Shown: positions 30,512 through 39,952, counted from the stretch's first letter. The stretch: 64,000 bases of DNA from an uncultured Acidobacteriota bacterium (GCA_913043225.1 CAJWLU010000002.1:96001-160000); one strand, 5' to 3'. Notes: a model not told the origin generated them from the sequence alone. Made by a program: numbers and translations.

Positions 30512-30928
30512 CTAGAGCTGGTAGAGCATCCAGTAGACGATCACGCCAGTCACCGAAACGTAGAGCCAGATCGGCATGGTCCATCGCGCGATGGCCGCGT
30601 GGCGCCGGTCGTCGCGAATGAGGCCCCGGCGAAGGGTGATTAAGGCCAGGGGGAGAATCGCGGCAGCCAGGATGATGTGGGAGATCAGGATCGTGAAGTA
30701 GACGACCCGGATTGTCCCCTCCTCCGTGAATGGCTGTGAGCCGACCTGCGCGTGGTAGATGAGGTAGGAGATCAAGAACAGGGTCGAGACACCAAAGGCG
30801 GCCAGCATGCAGCGACGGTGAAGCTCAATTTGGCGACGGGTGATCAGGACCCATCCGGCGGTTAGCAGCAACGCCGCGATACCGTTAAGGGTGGCGTTGA
30901 GCACGGGCAACTGGTTGACTTCGAGCAT
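30512..30928 (-). CDS. DUF420 (CtaM-like) membrane protein
   Basis: LPVLNATLN, HRRCM, SHIILA, PIWLYVSVTGVIVY. Confidence 0.9.
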   Translation of the reverse strand: MLEVNQLPVLNATLNGIAALLLTAGWVLITRRQIELHRRCMLAAFGVSTLFLISYLIYHAQVGSQPFTEEGTIRVVYFTILISHIILAAAILPLALITLRRGLIRDDRRHAAIARWTMPIWLYVSVTGVIVYWMLYQL

Positions 30929-30938
30929 GGCGATTAGC

Positions 30939-31826
30939 CTACCAGAGGCTGTCCAGCAGCAGGAGTCCCCAGGCCAGAGGCAGGTAACCCAGTGTGGCCC
31001 GGAAGAGATCGCGTGCCCGCTCAACCGTCGGACCCTCGGCGAATCTCAGCGCCAGCGCCAGTAGCAGCATGTCCATGACCACCACGCCTACCGCGTAAGT
31101 CCCTCCCGCCAGACCGGTCCAGGCGGGCCCGAGGCTGGCGGGGATGAGGAGTATGGTGTAGACCATGAGGTGACGGGTAAGATGCACACCGCTCGGGTCA
31201 ACGACGGCCAGCAGCGGAAGCCCCGAACGCTCGAAGTCTTCTCGATAGAGCCACGTCAGCGCCAGGAAATGTGGCAGCTGCCAGACGAAAACTACCCAGA
31301 AGAGTGCCCAGGCTTGGGCGGTCAACGGCGCCACCGCGACCCACCCGATTACGACCGGGAGAGCGCCGGGGATGGCTCCCACCAGCAGTGCCCAGTGGGA
31401 CCGACGCTTGAGCGGTGTGTAGATCACGACGTAGCTAAACAGAGTGGCCATGGCCACGACCGCAGCCGTGGGGTTCACGAGTGTTGCCAGCTGGGTCAGC
31501 CCCACCAGAGCGACCGCGACCGCGAACCATACTGCCTCGCCCGCCTGTAGCCGCCGAGCGGGAAGCGGTCGGGTGCGCGTGCGGGTCATCCGCTCGTCGA
31601 GGTCGATCTCGGCAGTTTGATTGAGCGCGGCCGCTCCGCCTGCCACTAGCGCCGACCCGATGGCGGTATGAGTGAGAAGCACCGGATCCAGCGGCCCGGA
31701 TCGCGCGGCGAGGTACCCGACGCCAGCGGTCACGACCACGAGCGAGTTGAGGCGTGGTTTGGTCAGCGCCAGGAAGTCGAGCAGGCGGTGACGCGGTGTG
31801 TCGAGGGCCGCGGCCCCGGTCTTCAT
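30939..31826 (-). CDS. cyoE: Protoheme IX farnesyltransferase (heme o synthase)
   Basis: LTKPR, D..MTRT..RPL, YTPLKR, GAIPGALP, WQLPHF. Confidence 0.93.
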   Translation of the reverse strand: MKTGAAALDTPRHRLLDFLALTKPRLNSLVVVTAGVGYLAARSGPLDPVLLTHTAIGSALVAGGAAALNQTAEIDLDERMTRTRTRPLPARRLQAGEAVWFAVAVALVGLTQLATLVNPTAAVVAMATLFSYVVIYTPLKRRSHWALLVGAIPGALPVVIGWVAVAPLTAQAWALFWVVFVWQLPHFLALTWLYREDFERSGLPLLAVVDPSGVHLTRHLMVYTILLIPASLGPAWTGLAGGTYAVGVVVMDMLLLALALRFAEGPTVERARDLFRATLGYLPLAWGLLLLDSLW

Positions 31827-31887
31827 GCGTGGGCTCCGGGGGGGGGCGTCATACGCATGGCCCCGACGACGAAGGGTAAGGAACAGG

Positions 31888-31918
31888 CCGGCCAGACGCC
31901 TGGTCGGCGTCCGGCCGG
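31888..31918 (-). terminator. 13-bp GC-rich hairpin between the lipoprotein gene and cyoE
   Basis: CCGGCCGGACGCC-5 nt-GGCGTCTGGCCGG on the minus strand, weak T tail. Confidence 0.45.
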
Positions 31919-31946
31919 TCGACGAACGAACGGAGAGCGCCGCTGT

Positions 31947-32708
31947 TTATGGCGCGGTGAACGTGAAGGAGACCTCGGCGGTCTGGCCGGTGGCCACGGT
32001 TACGTTCTGGGTCTGGGTGCCGAGCGCTTCGTGCCAGGCCTCGATGACGTAGTCACCCGGAGGCAGCGTGCTGATGTCGAACATCCCGTCGGTTCCCGTC
32101 ACTCCGAAGTACGGGTGGTCGAGCACGCCGACGTAGGCGTTCATCCAGCCGTGCACGTCGCATTTGAACGGCACCATCACCTCGGCGGCGTTGAAGGTGC
32201 GTTCGAACTCCATGCCCTGGATCGGCTGTCCCATGTTGAACTCTTCGTTCGCCGCAGGAGTGGCGTGGATGTTGTGCAGCGTCGCGTCGCTGTTGATGAT
32301 CTTCAGGGTTTGGCCCACCTGCAAGCCCAGGACGTGTGGGGTGTAGCGGCAACCTTCCTGGTTGAGGGTGATTACGTCGCTGGAGGTCGGGAAGCTCTGT
32401 CCCTCAAGCCCTTCCTTTACGTAGACGAACACGTTGCCGAGGTGTCCATCGCTGCCCACGAAGGTGTTCGACATGGTTTCGGTCGCTGCCTCGACGCATG
32501 CCGGGTCGGAGGCCATCATGAGCTCTTCAGCCGCCGGGAGCTCGCCGTCGATCATCACCATACCCGACACGTTGCCTGCCGTAGTGGGATCGAAGGCGGG
32601 GGCTGCCGGTGCCGCAGGTGCCGACGAGGTCGGTGCGTCGCCACCGCCGCCGCAGGCGGCCGCCATCACGAGCACGGAAAGGACCGTCCACAGTTTTCGA
32701 TGATGCAT
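31947..32708 (-). CDS. Lipoprotein with cupredoxin-like and carboxypeptidase-regulatory-like domains
   Basis: Lipobox AAAC; NQEGCRYTPHV, LHNIH, KCDVHGWM, HPYF, WHEALG; RBS AGGAG. Confidence 0.8.
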   Translation of the reverse strand: MHHRKLWTVLSVLVMAAACGGGGDAPTSSAPAAPAAPAFDPTTAGNVSGMVMIDGELPAAEELMMASDPACVEAATETMSNTFVGSDGHLGNVFVYVKEGLEGQSFPTSSDVITLNQEGCRYTPHVLGLQVGQTLKIINSDATLHNIHATPAANEEFNMGQPIQGMEFERTFNAAEVMVPFKCDVHGWMNAYVGVLDHPYFGVTGTDGMFDISTLPPGDYVIEAWHEALGTQTQNVTVATGQTAEVSFTFTAP

Positions 32709-32852
32709 TGAGATTCTCCTACACGTGTAAATCTGATTCGGTTGGTGATGTGACGGGTCGCGCCGATCGTCCGTCCGACCCTGAGTGGAACATCGAGGAC
32801 CAAACAAGCGTCTAAGTATAGCGTCGCGGTGGGCCGAGGCCAAGCCCAAGTA

Positions 32853-34232
32853 CTAGTTCACAGCTCTGAGCTTCCGATTGATTCGGTCTTCAATCCAGTT
32901 CGGGTCCCACCACTCCATGGGTGTGACCGGTCGTCCGTGCAGAAGCATGGCGAAGTGCAGGTGGTCGCCTCCGGCCAGGCCCGTGGTGCCGCTGCGCCCC
33001 AGTACGGTCTCGGCGGTCACCGCGTCTCCCACCTGCACGTCGAGTGACGACAGATGCGCGTAGAGCGACTGCAAGCCGAGGCCATGGTCGACGATCACGC
33101 AGTTTCCGTAGATCCCGAAGTAGTCGGCGAAGATGACACGTCCCGCATTGGCGGACGCGATTGGCACGTTGGCTGTGGCCGCTAGGTCGAAGCCCAGATG
33201 CACCTGCTGGTCGACGTCGCGCCCGTCATAGACGTAGGTCCGGTAGTCGGCAAAGCCAGATTCGACCTGCGAGTTGCCCAGTTGGCGGAACGGTTCTGAC
33301 CAGAGCTTCGTCTCGGCGGTCTCGGCGGCGAGGCCCAACAGCCGGTCTCGGTTCAGCTGTCGCAGCCCACCATTGATGGCCAGATATTGCTCCAGCAGTC
33401 CCGCGTCTGGTGGCATCGCCACCCTGCGGAGTTCTTCGCTCCGCTCGACGATCTCCGGTACCACCTGGGACAGGAAGCGATCGCTCAGCGGGATCCGTGA
33501 CCGCCGGAAGCGCCTTGGGAAGACACGGTGGTCGAAATCGATCTCGGCCTCGTTACCCGCCTCATCTCGAGCATAGAGCCGCATCGGAGAGTTCAGCTCT
33601 TGGTCGTGGAGCAGGGCAAAGGTCGACACCCGGAGTGATTCGTCGGCGCCCTCGACGCCGGCCGCCGACGCGGGATAGCCGGGAAATCTGAGGTCCGCCA
33701 CCCTGACGCCGGACTCGGCATCGGGTGGGGTGACTCGATACACGATTACCTCGGCCCCGCCGAGATTGACGTAGTGCAGCGACGAGACGACCGAAAGCCG
33801 CGGTGGTTCGAAGCGGGCGACGATGTCGTGCTGGGCCGTGCTCGTGGCTTGGCGCAGACCGAACAGGACTGCCCGAGTCGCCTCCACAACCACAGTGGCT
33901 GGACCCTGAGAGAGCTCAAGGTAATCCTCCCTGGTCAGGGCGCGCGTTACCCGGAAACGGCTCTCGCTTTCCTGGTTCACGGTGGCTTGCTCGGGGGTGG
34001 CGAGCGAGAACAGCGGAATGCTCAGCTCACCCTGCGTCAGGTGCGCGGTCAGAGCGAGCAACTCGCCGTTGCCCGTGTCCACTGAGGCCTCGAACTGGCC
34101 GATCTGGCCGATGAAACGGGTGGGTTGATGAATTTCTACCGTGGGGCCTTCGGCCCGCCCCGCGCCGACCCAGAGCCCGACCCCGAGTGCGAGGCCGGCT
34201 AGGAGCACTAGGGTGCTCAGGAGTCGTAGCAC
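32853..34232 (-). CDS. M23 family metallopeptidase
   Basis: HLGFD, YGNCVIVDHG, YAHL, HLHF. Confidence 0.92.
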   Translation of the reverse strand: MLRLLSTLVLLAGLALGVGLWVGAGRAEGPTVEIHQPTRFIGQIGQFEASVDTGNGELLALTAHLTQGELSIPLFSLATPEQATVNQESESRFRVTRALTREDYLELSQGPATVVVEATRAVLFGLRQATSTAQHDIVARFEPPRLSVVSSLHYVNLGGAEVIVYRVTPPDAESGVRVADLRFPGYPASAAGVEGADESLRVSTFALLHDQELNSPMRLYARDEAGNEAEIDFDHRVFPRRFRRSRIPLSDRFLSQVVPEIVERSEELRRVAMPPDAGLLEQYLAINGGLRQLNRDRLLGLAAETAETKLWSEPFRQLGNSQVESGFADYRTYVYDGRDVDQQVHLGFDLAATANVPIASANAGRVIFADYFGIYGNCVIVDHGLGLQSLYAHLSSLDVQVGDAVTAETVLGRSGTTGLAGGDHLHFAMLLHGRPVTPMEWWDPNWIEDRINRKLRAVN

Positions 34233-34258
34233 GAATGCATTGTACAGGACACCTCAGA

Positions 34259-34287
34259 TTGACCCGATAAGAGAGGCGCTCTAAGAT
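34259..34287 (+). promoter_or_regulatory. tRNA promoter
   Basis: TTGACC-17 nt-TAAGAT upstream of the tRNA. Confidence 0.7.
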
Positions 34288-34313
34288 ATGGACAGCGATA
34301 CGGTGGCGAGTGT

Positions 34314-34388
34314 GGCGGTATCGTCTAGGGGTTAGGATACATGGTTCTCAGCCATGGGACCGGGGTTCGAATCCCCGTACCGCTACCA
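34314..34388 (+). tRNA. tRNA-Glu (anticodon CTC)
   Basis: Acceptor GGCGGTA/TACCGCT, anticodon arm CATGG-TTCTCAG-CCATG, T arm CGGGG-TTCGAAT-CCCCG, encoded CCA. Confidence 0.96.
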
Positions 34389-34432
34389 ATTCTCCAGCCT
34401 TTAACCTGTCGTCCGTGACGCTACCCGGCGAT

Positions 34433-36439
34433 TCACGCCGACTCGAAGGTCCTCTCCGGCCGAGGGGTCCGTAACAACCGCAGGCCGTTCAACGTGACCA
34501 GAATGGTCGTCCCGACGTCGGCCGCCACCGCCATCCACATTGTCCCAAGGCCAGCAATTACCAGTCCGAGGAAAACGACCTTCAAGCCGATCGCGATCGC
34601 GATATTGGTCTGAACTCGGTTCATCGCCACTCGGCTCAGTTTCAACGCAAACGGCAATCGCCGAAGATCCCCGCCGAGGAGGGTGATATCCGCGCTTTCG
34701 AGTGCCTGATCGGTGCCACCGGCCGTTCCCCCCAGCGCGATGCCGACATCGGCCGTTGCGAGCGCCGGCGCGTCATTGAGGCCATCACCGACCATGGCGA
34801 CTTTGCCTAACTCGTTTCTGAGTGACTGAATGGCCTCAACCTTGTCCTCCGGCAGCAAGTCTGCGACCGTTTCGGCCAGGCCCAGCTCAGAACCTACTTT
34901 CTCCGCGGTCTGTGAACTGTCGCCCGTAAGCATGACCAATTTCAATCGCATCCTTCTGAGCATCTGGAGCGCTTCCTGGCTCGTCCTACGAATTGAGTCA
35001 GAGAGGGTAAGAAGTCCAAGGTAGCTTCCCTCGGCGCTGACGAGAACAGGGGTCAGGCCTTCGGCGGCCGCCTCCCCCGCGTGCCGGCAATGGTCAGCAT
35101 CGTGCGGGATGCTCTCGTCGAAATAGCGATGGCTTCCGACCTCTACGTGGCGGCCGTCGACTTGGCCGACCATGCCTTGTCCGGCAAGTGCCGCGACATT
35201 CGCGGCGACCGGGTAGTAAGTTTCGACCCCTCTGTGGACCGATTCGTCGACGATGGCTCGTGCCAGCGGATGCTCACTTCGACGCCCGACCGCGCTCACG
35301 AGGGCGACCAGGTCGTTGCAGTCGGTGCAGTCGTCGCCACCGCAATCGTGGCAACGGGCTGCACGCACGCTGACCACGGTCGGTGCGCCTTCGGTGAGAG
35401 TACCCGTTTTGTCAAAGGCGACCGCCCGGACTTGGCTCAGCTCTTCCAGCCCGAGACCACCCTTGAAGAGCACTCCGAATCGAGCCCCGTTGGTGATAGC
35501 CGAGATGATGCAGACCGGTGTGCTTAGCACGAGGGCACAGGGGCACGCGACGACTAGGAGGGTTAGGCCGCGGTAGAGCCAGCCGTTGGAGGCGAGCGAC
35601 GTGTCGATGAACGTCTCGCCAAAGAACAGCGGTGGCCCCACGGCTACGACCAATGCGAGGGCGGCGACAATCGGCGTATAGACCTGAGCGAATCGGTCGA
35701 CAAATCTTTGAGCGGGTGCTTTACGCTCGTGCGCATCCTCGATCAGCCGGATCATCCGGCTGATGGTCGTGTCCGATGCCGGTCGGCTCACTACCACCTC
35801 TAGCGCACCAGGTCCGTTCACGGTCCCTGCGTAGACGGTGTCGCCTGCGCTTAGTTCGACCAAACGGCTTTCTCCGGTGATCGGCGCCTGGTTCACCATC
35901 GAGCTACCCAACGCGATTACCCCATCCATTGGGATTCGTTCGCCTGGCCGAATGACGATGCGGTCGCCGACCTCGAGAGCGCCTACCGGAACCCGCTGCG
36001 GTTCTGCTGCGGATCCCCGAAGGCGAGTGGCCTCTTCCGGAGCCACTTGCATGAGGTCCCGTATTGACTGTCTGGCCCGGCGAGAGGCGTGTGATTCGAG
36101 TAGCTCGCCCACAGAAAATAGGACCATCACCATCGCCGCTTCGGTGTAGGCGCCGATGAAGACCGCGCCGATCGCGGCGGTCGTCATGAGGACGTTGATA
36201 TTGAGCTGTCTTCGTCGGACTAGCGACTGAAACGCGCTGATCATCACCGGCCAGCCGGCGACCGCGAGGGCTGCCAATGAGCAGTATTCAACCAGTCCCG
36301 ACTCTCTGGCCAGGACTTCTGTCCAGATGAGGCCAGGAAGAACGAGCACGGCGCCCAGAGCGGCCAATTGTCCCTCCGGGCTGTGGCTAAGGTGGTGGAT
36401 GAATGAGGGATGACTTGGCAAGGGGGCTGCTTTCTTCAT
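34433..36439 (-). CDS. P1B-type heavy-metal ATPase (Zn/Cd/Pb, ZntA/CadA class), no N-terminal metal-binding domain
   Basis: TGES, CPCAL, DKTGTLT, SEHPL, GDGLNDAP; TM Lys (GLK) and Asp (ADVG). Confidence 0.9.
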   Translation of the reverse strand: MKKAAPLPSHPSFIHHLSHSPEGQLAALGAVLVLPGLIWTEVLARESGLVEYCSLAALAVAGWPVMISAFQSLVRRRQLNINVLMTTAAIGAVFIGAYTEAAMVMVLFSVGELLESHASRRARQSIRDLMQVAPEEATRLRGSAAEPQRVPVGALEVGDRIVIRPGERIPMDGVIALGSSMVNQAPITGESRLVELSAGDTVYAGTVNGPGALEVVVSRPASDTTISRMIRLIEDAHERKAPAQRFVDRFAQVYTPIVAALALVVAVGPPLFFGETFIDTSLASNGWLYRGLTLLVVACPCALVLSTPVCIISAITNGARFGVLFKGGLGLEELSQVRAVAFDKTGTLTEGAPTVVSVRAARCHDCGGDDCTDCNDLVALVSAVGRRSEHPLARAIVDESVHRGVETYYPVAANVAALAGQGMVGQVDGRHVEVGSHRYFDESIPHDADHCRHAGEAAAEGLTPVLVSAEGSYLGLLTLSDSIRRTSQEALQMLRRMRLKLVMLTGDSSQTAEKVGSELGLAETVADLLPEDKVEAIQSLRNELGKVAMVGDGLNDAPALATADVGIALGGTAGGTDQALESADITLLGGDLRRLPFALKLSRVAMNRVQTNIAIAIGLKVVFLGLVIAGLGTMWMAVAADVGTTILVTLNGLRLLRTPRPERTFESA

Positions 36440-36566
36440 CGTTGCAGACCTGCGAGCGGTGACGCGAGGTGGCGTGGCCTAGCCTGTTCGCCAATCGGCG
36501 TGCGCCGCAGTGCTCGCCTGGCAAGGCAGGTACGGCGCGTACCCACAGCTGGGAAGGTGTTGCTTC

Positions 36567-36603
36567 GGTGGCGGGAGACTAACTGCGGGTGTCTCCCGCC
36601 ACC
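36567..36603. terminator. Perfect 13-bp inverted repeat (terminator or stabilising hairpin)
   Basis: GGTGGCGGGAGAC-11 nt-GTCTCCCGCCACC; no T tract. Confidence 0.5.
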
Positions 36604-36660
36604 ATCGTCTAGGTCCTGCTGGAAAAGCCGCGTTGCAGGATCGCGGCGTTCAGCTAACCC

Positions 36661-37668
36661 CTACTGGTCACCCGCCACGCTGACGCGGATCCGATACAGC
36701 CCGGTGCGAGCCGTCATGTACAGGGTGCGACGGTCGTCGTCGCCGAAGGCGACGTTGGCCGGCACCTCTGTCGGCTTGATCGTCCCGAGATGGCGTCCGT
36801 CCGGAGCGATGACCCACACGCCACCAGGGCCGGTGGCCCACAGGTTGCCTTGGACGTCCACCTTGAGCCCATCGGGCGCACCTGGCTCATCCACGCCGCT
36901 GGCGTCGAGCAACAGCTCAGCTTCTCCCAGCGTTCCGTCTGCTTCGACGTCGTACGTATTCCACAAGCCAGCTGAGCTGTCGGCAACATACAGCCGTGAC
37001 TCATCAGGTGCGAACGCGATCCCGTTTGGCCCCTCTTGGTCTGTTAGCCGGGTCACTTCGCCATCAGGGGCGAGGCGATAGACGCCGTTGACATCCTGTG
37101 CGCGATCGTCTGGCGTCGGTAGCCCATAAGGAGGATCGGTGAAATACAGTGTGCCGTTCGAGTGATAGTCGAGATCGTTAGGGCTGTTGAACCGCCCACC
37201 CCCATAGGTGTCGGCCACGACGCTGCGGGTGCCGTCGGCTGCGATCCGAGAGACCCTTCCATTGAAGTGTTCGGTGAAGACGATGTTCCCTAAGGGATCT
37301 ACGGTGATGCCGTTCGAACCGACCAGCCGCCCGTCCTCGTGCTCTCCCTCGAAGACCGGAGCCAGGAAGTCGCTGACGGTGCCGTCCTGCTCCCACTTGA
37401 CGATCCTGTTGCCTGGAATGTCGCTGAACAGGAGAAAGCCGTCTTCAGCGTCGACCCACACGGGACCTTCCGTGAAGCCGAACCCGTCCGCGAGATGCTC
37501 GATCACAGCGTCGGTCGGCACCAATTCGTCGAATGCCGGGTCTAGCCGCTCAATCGTCCCGGCGCTTGGCGTGGGCGCAGGCGTGGGTTCGGTCTCTTCA
37601 GTGGGTTCGGCTCCACCGCCACACGATACGGCGACCGCCAGGATCGCCACTAACCACCATTTCTGCAT
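36661..37668 (-). CDS. SMP-30/gluconolactonase family lipoprotein
   Basis: Lipobox AVSC; FTEGPVW, FSDIP, NSPND, FTDPPYG, PNGIAF, PDG. Confidence 0.92.
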   Translation of the reverse strand: MQKWWLVAILAVAVSCGGGAEPTEETEPTPAPTPSAGTIERLDPAFDELVPTDAVIEHLADGFGFTEGPVWVDAEDGFLLFSDIPGNRIVKWEQDGTVSDFLAPVFEGEHEDGRLVGSNGITVDPLGNIVFTEHFNGRVSRIAADGTRSVVADTYGGGRFNSPNDLDYHSNGTLYFTDPPYGLPTPDDRAQDVNGVYRLAPDGEVTRLTDQEGPNGIAFAPDESRLYVADSSAGLWNTYDVEADGTLGEAELLLDASGVDEPGAPDGLKVDVQGNLWATGPGGVWVIAPDGRHLGTIKPTEVPANVAFGDDDRRTLYMTARTGLYRIRVSVAGDQ

Positions 37669-37689
37669 CACAGTCCTCCTGGGATTGCG

Positions 37690-38634
37690 CTACTGGCTAT
37701 CCAGCGTGACGAACGCGAGCGCGTAGTTGGGGTTCATGGGAATGACAAGTTGGTTCTGCGTCGAGTCGTAGCACATGGACGCGGCGCTGGGGATACCTGA
37801 AGCGATGATCTCCGCATCTCCACCCGGCGGAATCCTGGACACGCTGCCGTAGCGGACGCTGCTCACATACTTGGTCCCATCGGCGGTGACCACGACCCCA
37901 TCACTGCCCCCCTCTCCACTCTGTTCCATCCGCGCGACCGTACCGTCTTGGCTGTAAGTGATGACGGCGCTGTCACCGACGTTGACCACGACGATGTTTC
38001 CGTCCTGGTCGATGGCAACGCCGTTCGGGGCATTGAGGGGAGTACCCTCTGCGAACAATGATGTTTCGCCGTTTGCGGTAACTTTCCACATTTGGCTGAC
38101 GGGTCGCGTGTTTGAGGCGTATATAGTCCCGTCGTCCGCAACGGCGATGCCGTTCAATAACGTCGAGCCGGGGACGGGAACCGCTCGCAAGGGGCGGCCA
38201 GTCTCAAGGTCGAAGAGTCGTACGTGCCCGGAATCAACCGTGTAGAGGACACCATTACTGATGGCGCTGCCCAGCGGATCGTGGAGCTCCAGGCCGTCCC
38301 GGGTGGCGCCGATCCACTTGGGGGTGTGGACACTTCCGTCGGGATGGATGAGGGAGACGTAGCCATCGTTGTCGTTGGGAGCGGTCCGATTACCGGCATT
38401 CATGGCCAAGATCAGGTTCTTTCCGGGATCGAACGTGCAGCTCTCTGTGAAGTGGAAGCTTCCATATACCTTCACGTTGTCTGACATCGGTCGCCACTCT
38501 CCAGCTTCGCTGCGTGCGCCGATGGGTTCGCCGGCCGAGAAATCTTGAGCGGCCGCCGGGACCACGATGGACATGGCGATGGACGCCACGTGTATCAATC
38601 TCAAACCTACTGATCGCATCGTTTTTCCTTTCAT
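37690..38634 (-). CDS. Secreted beta-propeller, SMP-30/gluconolactonase-like
   Basis: Signal peptide; repeats LNGIAV, PNGVAID, SDGVVV; start uncertain. Confidence 0.7.
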   Translation of the reverse strand: MKGKTMRSVGLRLIHVASIAMSIVVPAAAQDFSAGEPIGARSEAGEWRPMSDNVKVYGSFHFTESCTFDPGKNLILAMNAGNRTAPNDNDGYVSLIHPDGSVHTPKWIGATRDGLELHDPLGSAISNGVLYTVDSGHVRLFDLETGRPLRAVPVPGSTLLNGIAVADDGTIYASNTRPVSQMWKVTANGETSLFAEGTPLNAPNGVAIDQDGNIVVVNVGDSAVITYSQDGTVARMEQSGEGGSDGVVVTADGTKYVSSVRYGSVSRIPPGGDAEIIASGIPSAASMCYDSTQNQLVIPMNPNYALAFVTLDSQ

Positions 38635-38645
38635 GGTTTCTTCCA

Positions 38646-39035
38646 TTAATGACACTGCTGGTCATAACAGAGCTTGAAGTTCCGGGTATGGGCAAACGCG
38701 ATGATGGTTGCCCCCAACACCGTCGTCACCTTTTCTCCTGTTTCTCCGAGGCCGTCATGGCCGAGGATCACGGCAAGCGACAGCACTAGGAGGCCCAGTA
38801 GGCCGGTCGCGAAGACCGCGACACGTTTGTGCTGGCGACACCCCAGACCGAGAGCCAGCATGCTAGTGGGCAAGACCGCAAATAGTAGCGCATAGTGGAA
38901 CAGCTCGTCCTCAAGCACCGTCGCACCAAAAGCCGGCAAGAGCGTTACCGCGACGGGGGTGAGGAAACAGTGGGCGGTACACACAAGTGAGAAACCGATG
39001 GCGGCTTTGTCGATGGTGGTCTGCGAGGTCTTCAT
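38646..39035 (-). CDS. MerC-domain membrane protein
   Basis: DKAAIGFSLVCTAHCF, E..H, GCRQHK, AH..N, C-terminal CYDQQCH. Confidence 0.85.
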   Translation of the reverse strand: MKTSQTTIDKAAIGFSLVCTAHCFLTPVAVTLLPAFGATVLEDELFHYALLFAVLPTSMLALGLGCRQHKRVAVFATGLLGLLVLSLAVILGHDGLGETGEKVTTVLGATIIAFAHTRNFKLCYDQQCH

Positions 39036-39313
39036 AGATTGCTTCCTGACTTCAGCTAACAATCTGGTACGAGCGGAGCATTCTGGTTCCTACGCCAAAA
39101 GCGAGCAGCATCGGTAGCACCAGTCACACGACTCCTCCGGATACGCGCTCCAGAATCACAAGCGACGACTTCCCCTGTTCGTAGCTTTCAGCATTGTCTT
39201 CTCGCCGGATTCAATGGACCCCAGATGTCAGATCGCGCCGCGATCGACGCAAGAAACGGCCATCAACGGACGCGACTACCTAACAGTAGTTGAGAGACGT
39301 ACGAACGACGGAC

Positions 39314-39604
39314 TTACAGTGAGAGGAATCGTGGGGGCCCGCGCGAGAAGTACACGCCGTCGAGTACATCGCGCTTGGTGTCGAACTGCTCTGGAGACAG
39401 GGTACGCGCGCTAGCTTGGAGCTCGGCGCCCGTCTGCGGTGTCTCGGTGGTGGAGGTGTAATACGCGTGACAGACGGCGCAATGGTCCTCGACTGAACCG
39501 GCCTCGTGGCCGTGAAGGAACGCACTGGCGGATCCAATCGCTAGCGCGACCAGTATCACCGAGGCGGCCAGGGTCAGCCACCGCCGCTGGGGCATTAAGA
39601 CCAT
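39314..39604 (-). CDS. DUF2946-like small exported peptide (CxxC ... RGPP)
   Basis: Hydrophobic N-terminus, HGHE...DHCAVCH, C-terminal SRGPP; TTGACA upstream. Confidence 0.7.
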   Translation of the reverse strand: MVLMPQRRWLTLAASVILVALAIGSASAFLHGHEAGSVEDHCAVCHAYYTSTTETPQTGAELQASARTLSPEQFDTKRDVLDGVYFSRGPPRFLSL

Positions 39605-39656
39605 CACATCTTTTCTAGGCTTAGACCCAGTGGTTTGTCAAGCAGGCTAGTTCTGA

Positions 39657-39889
39657 CTATTCGGTCCAGAGTAGAACGTGTTCACGGTCGCCGTTCTCGC
39701 GGGTGAAGCTGATCCGGGCTTTTTTGAGAGTAGTCTCGTCGATGTCGACGTTGCTGAGAAACACGCAGGTGCTGAGGCCGATCAGCACCTGCACACCGAT
39801 GAGTCTGAAGACGGCCAGGGTCGTCAGGTCATGATGACGGTGCGCCGGGTAGACCGGCGCCCGGGCCGCGGAGAAGCGGTGGCGGTCAT
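39657..39889 (-). pseudogene. Frameshifted and probably internally deleted membrane-protein gene
   Basis: MTATASP...TVIMT, shift, TM segment, ...GDREHVLLWTE*; coding-like codon pattern across two frames. Confidence 0.4.
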
Positions 39890-39952
39890 CTATCCACGGT
39901 GACGACAGTGAGTGTCGAAGTCCCACCTGACGCCAAGCGGAGAGAACCCGTG

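Noticed and set aside
31668..32711. Long antisense ORFs (also 45584-46576, 49116-50060, 27424-28266)
   Set aside because: Shadow frames expected in high-GC DNA opposite well-supported genes; no motifs
38646..39035. Mercury-resistance operon
   Set aside because: No merA, merR, merT or merP; stand-alone MerC-domain proteins are not evidence of Hg resistance
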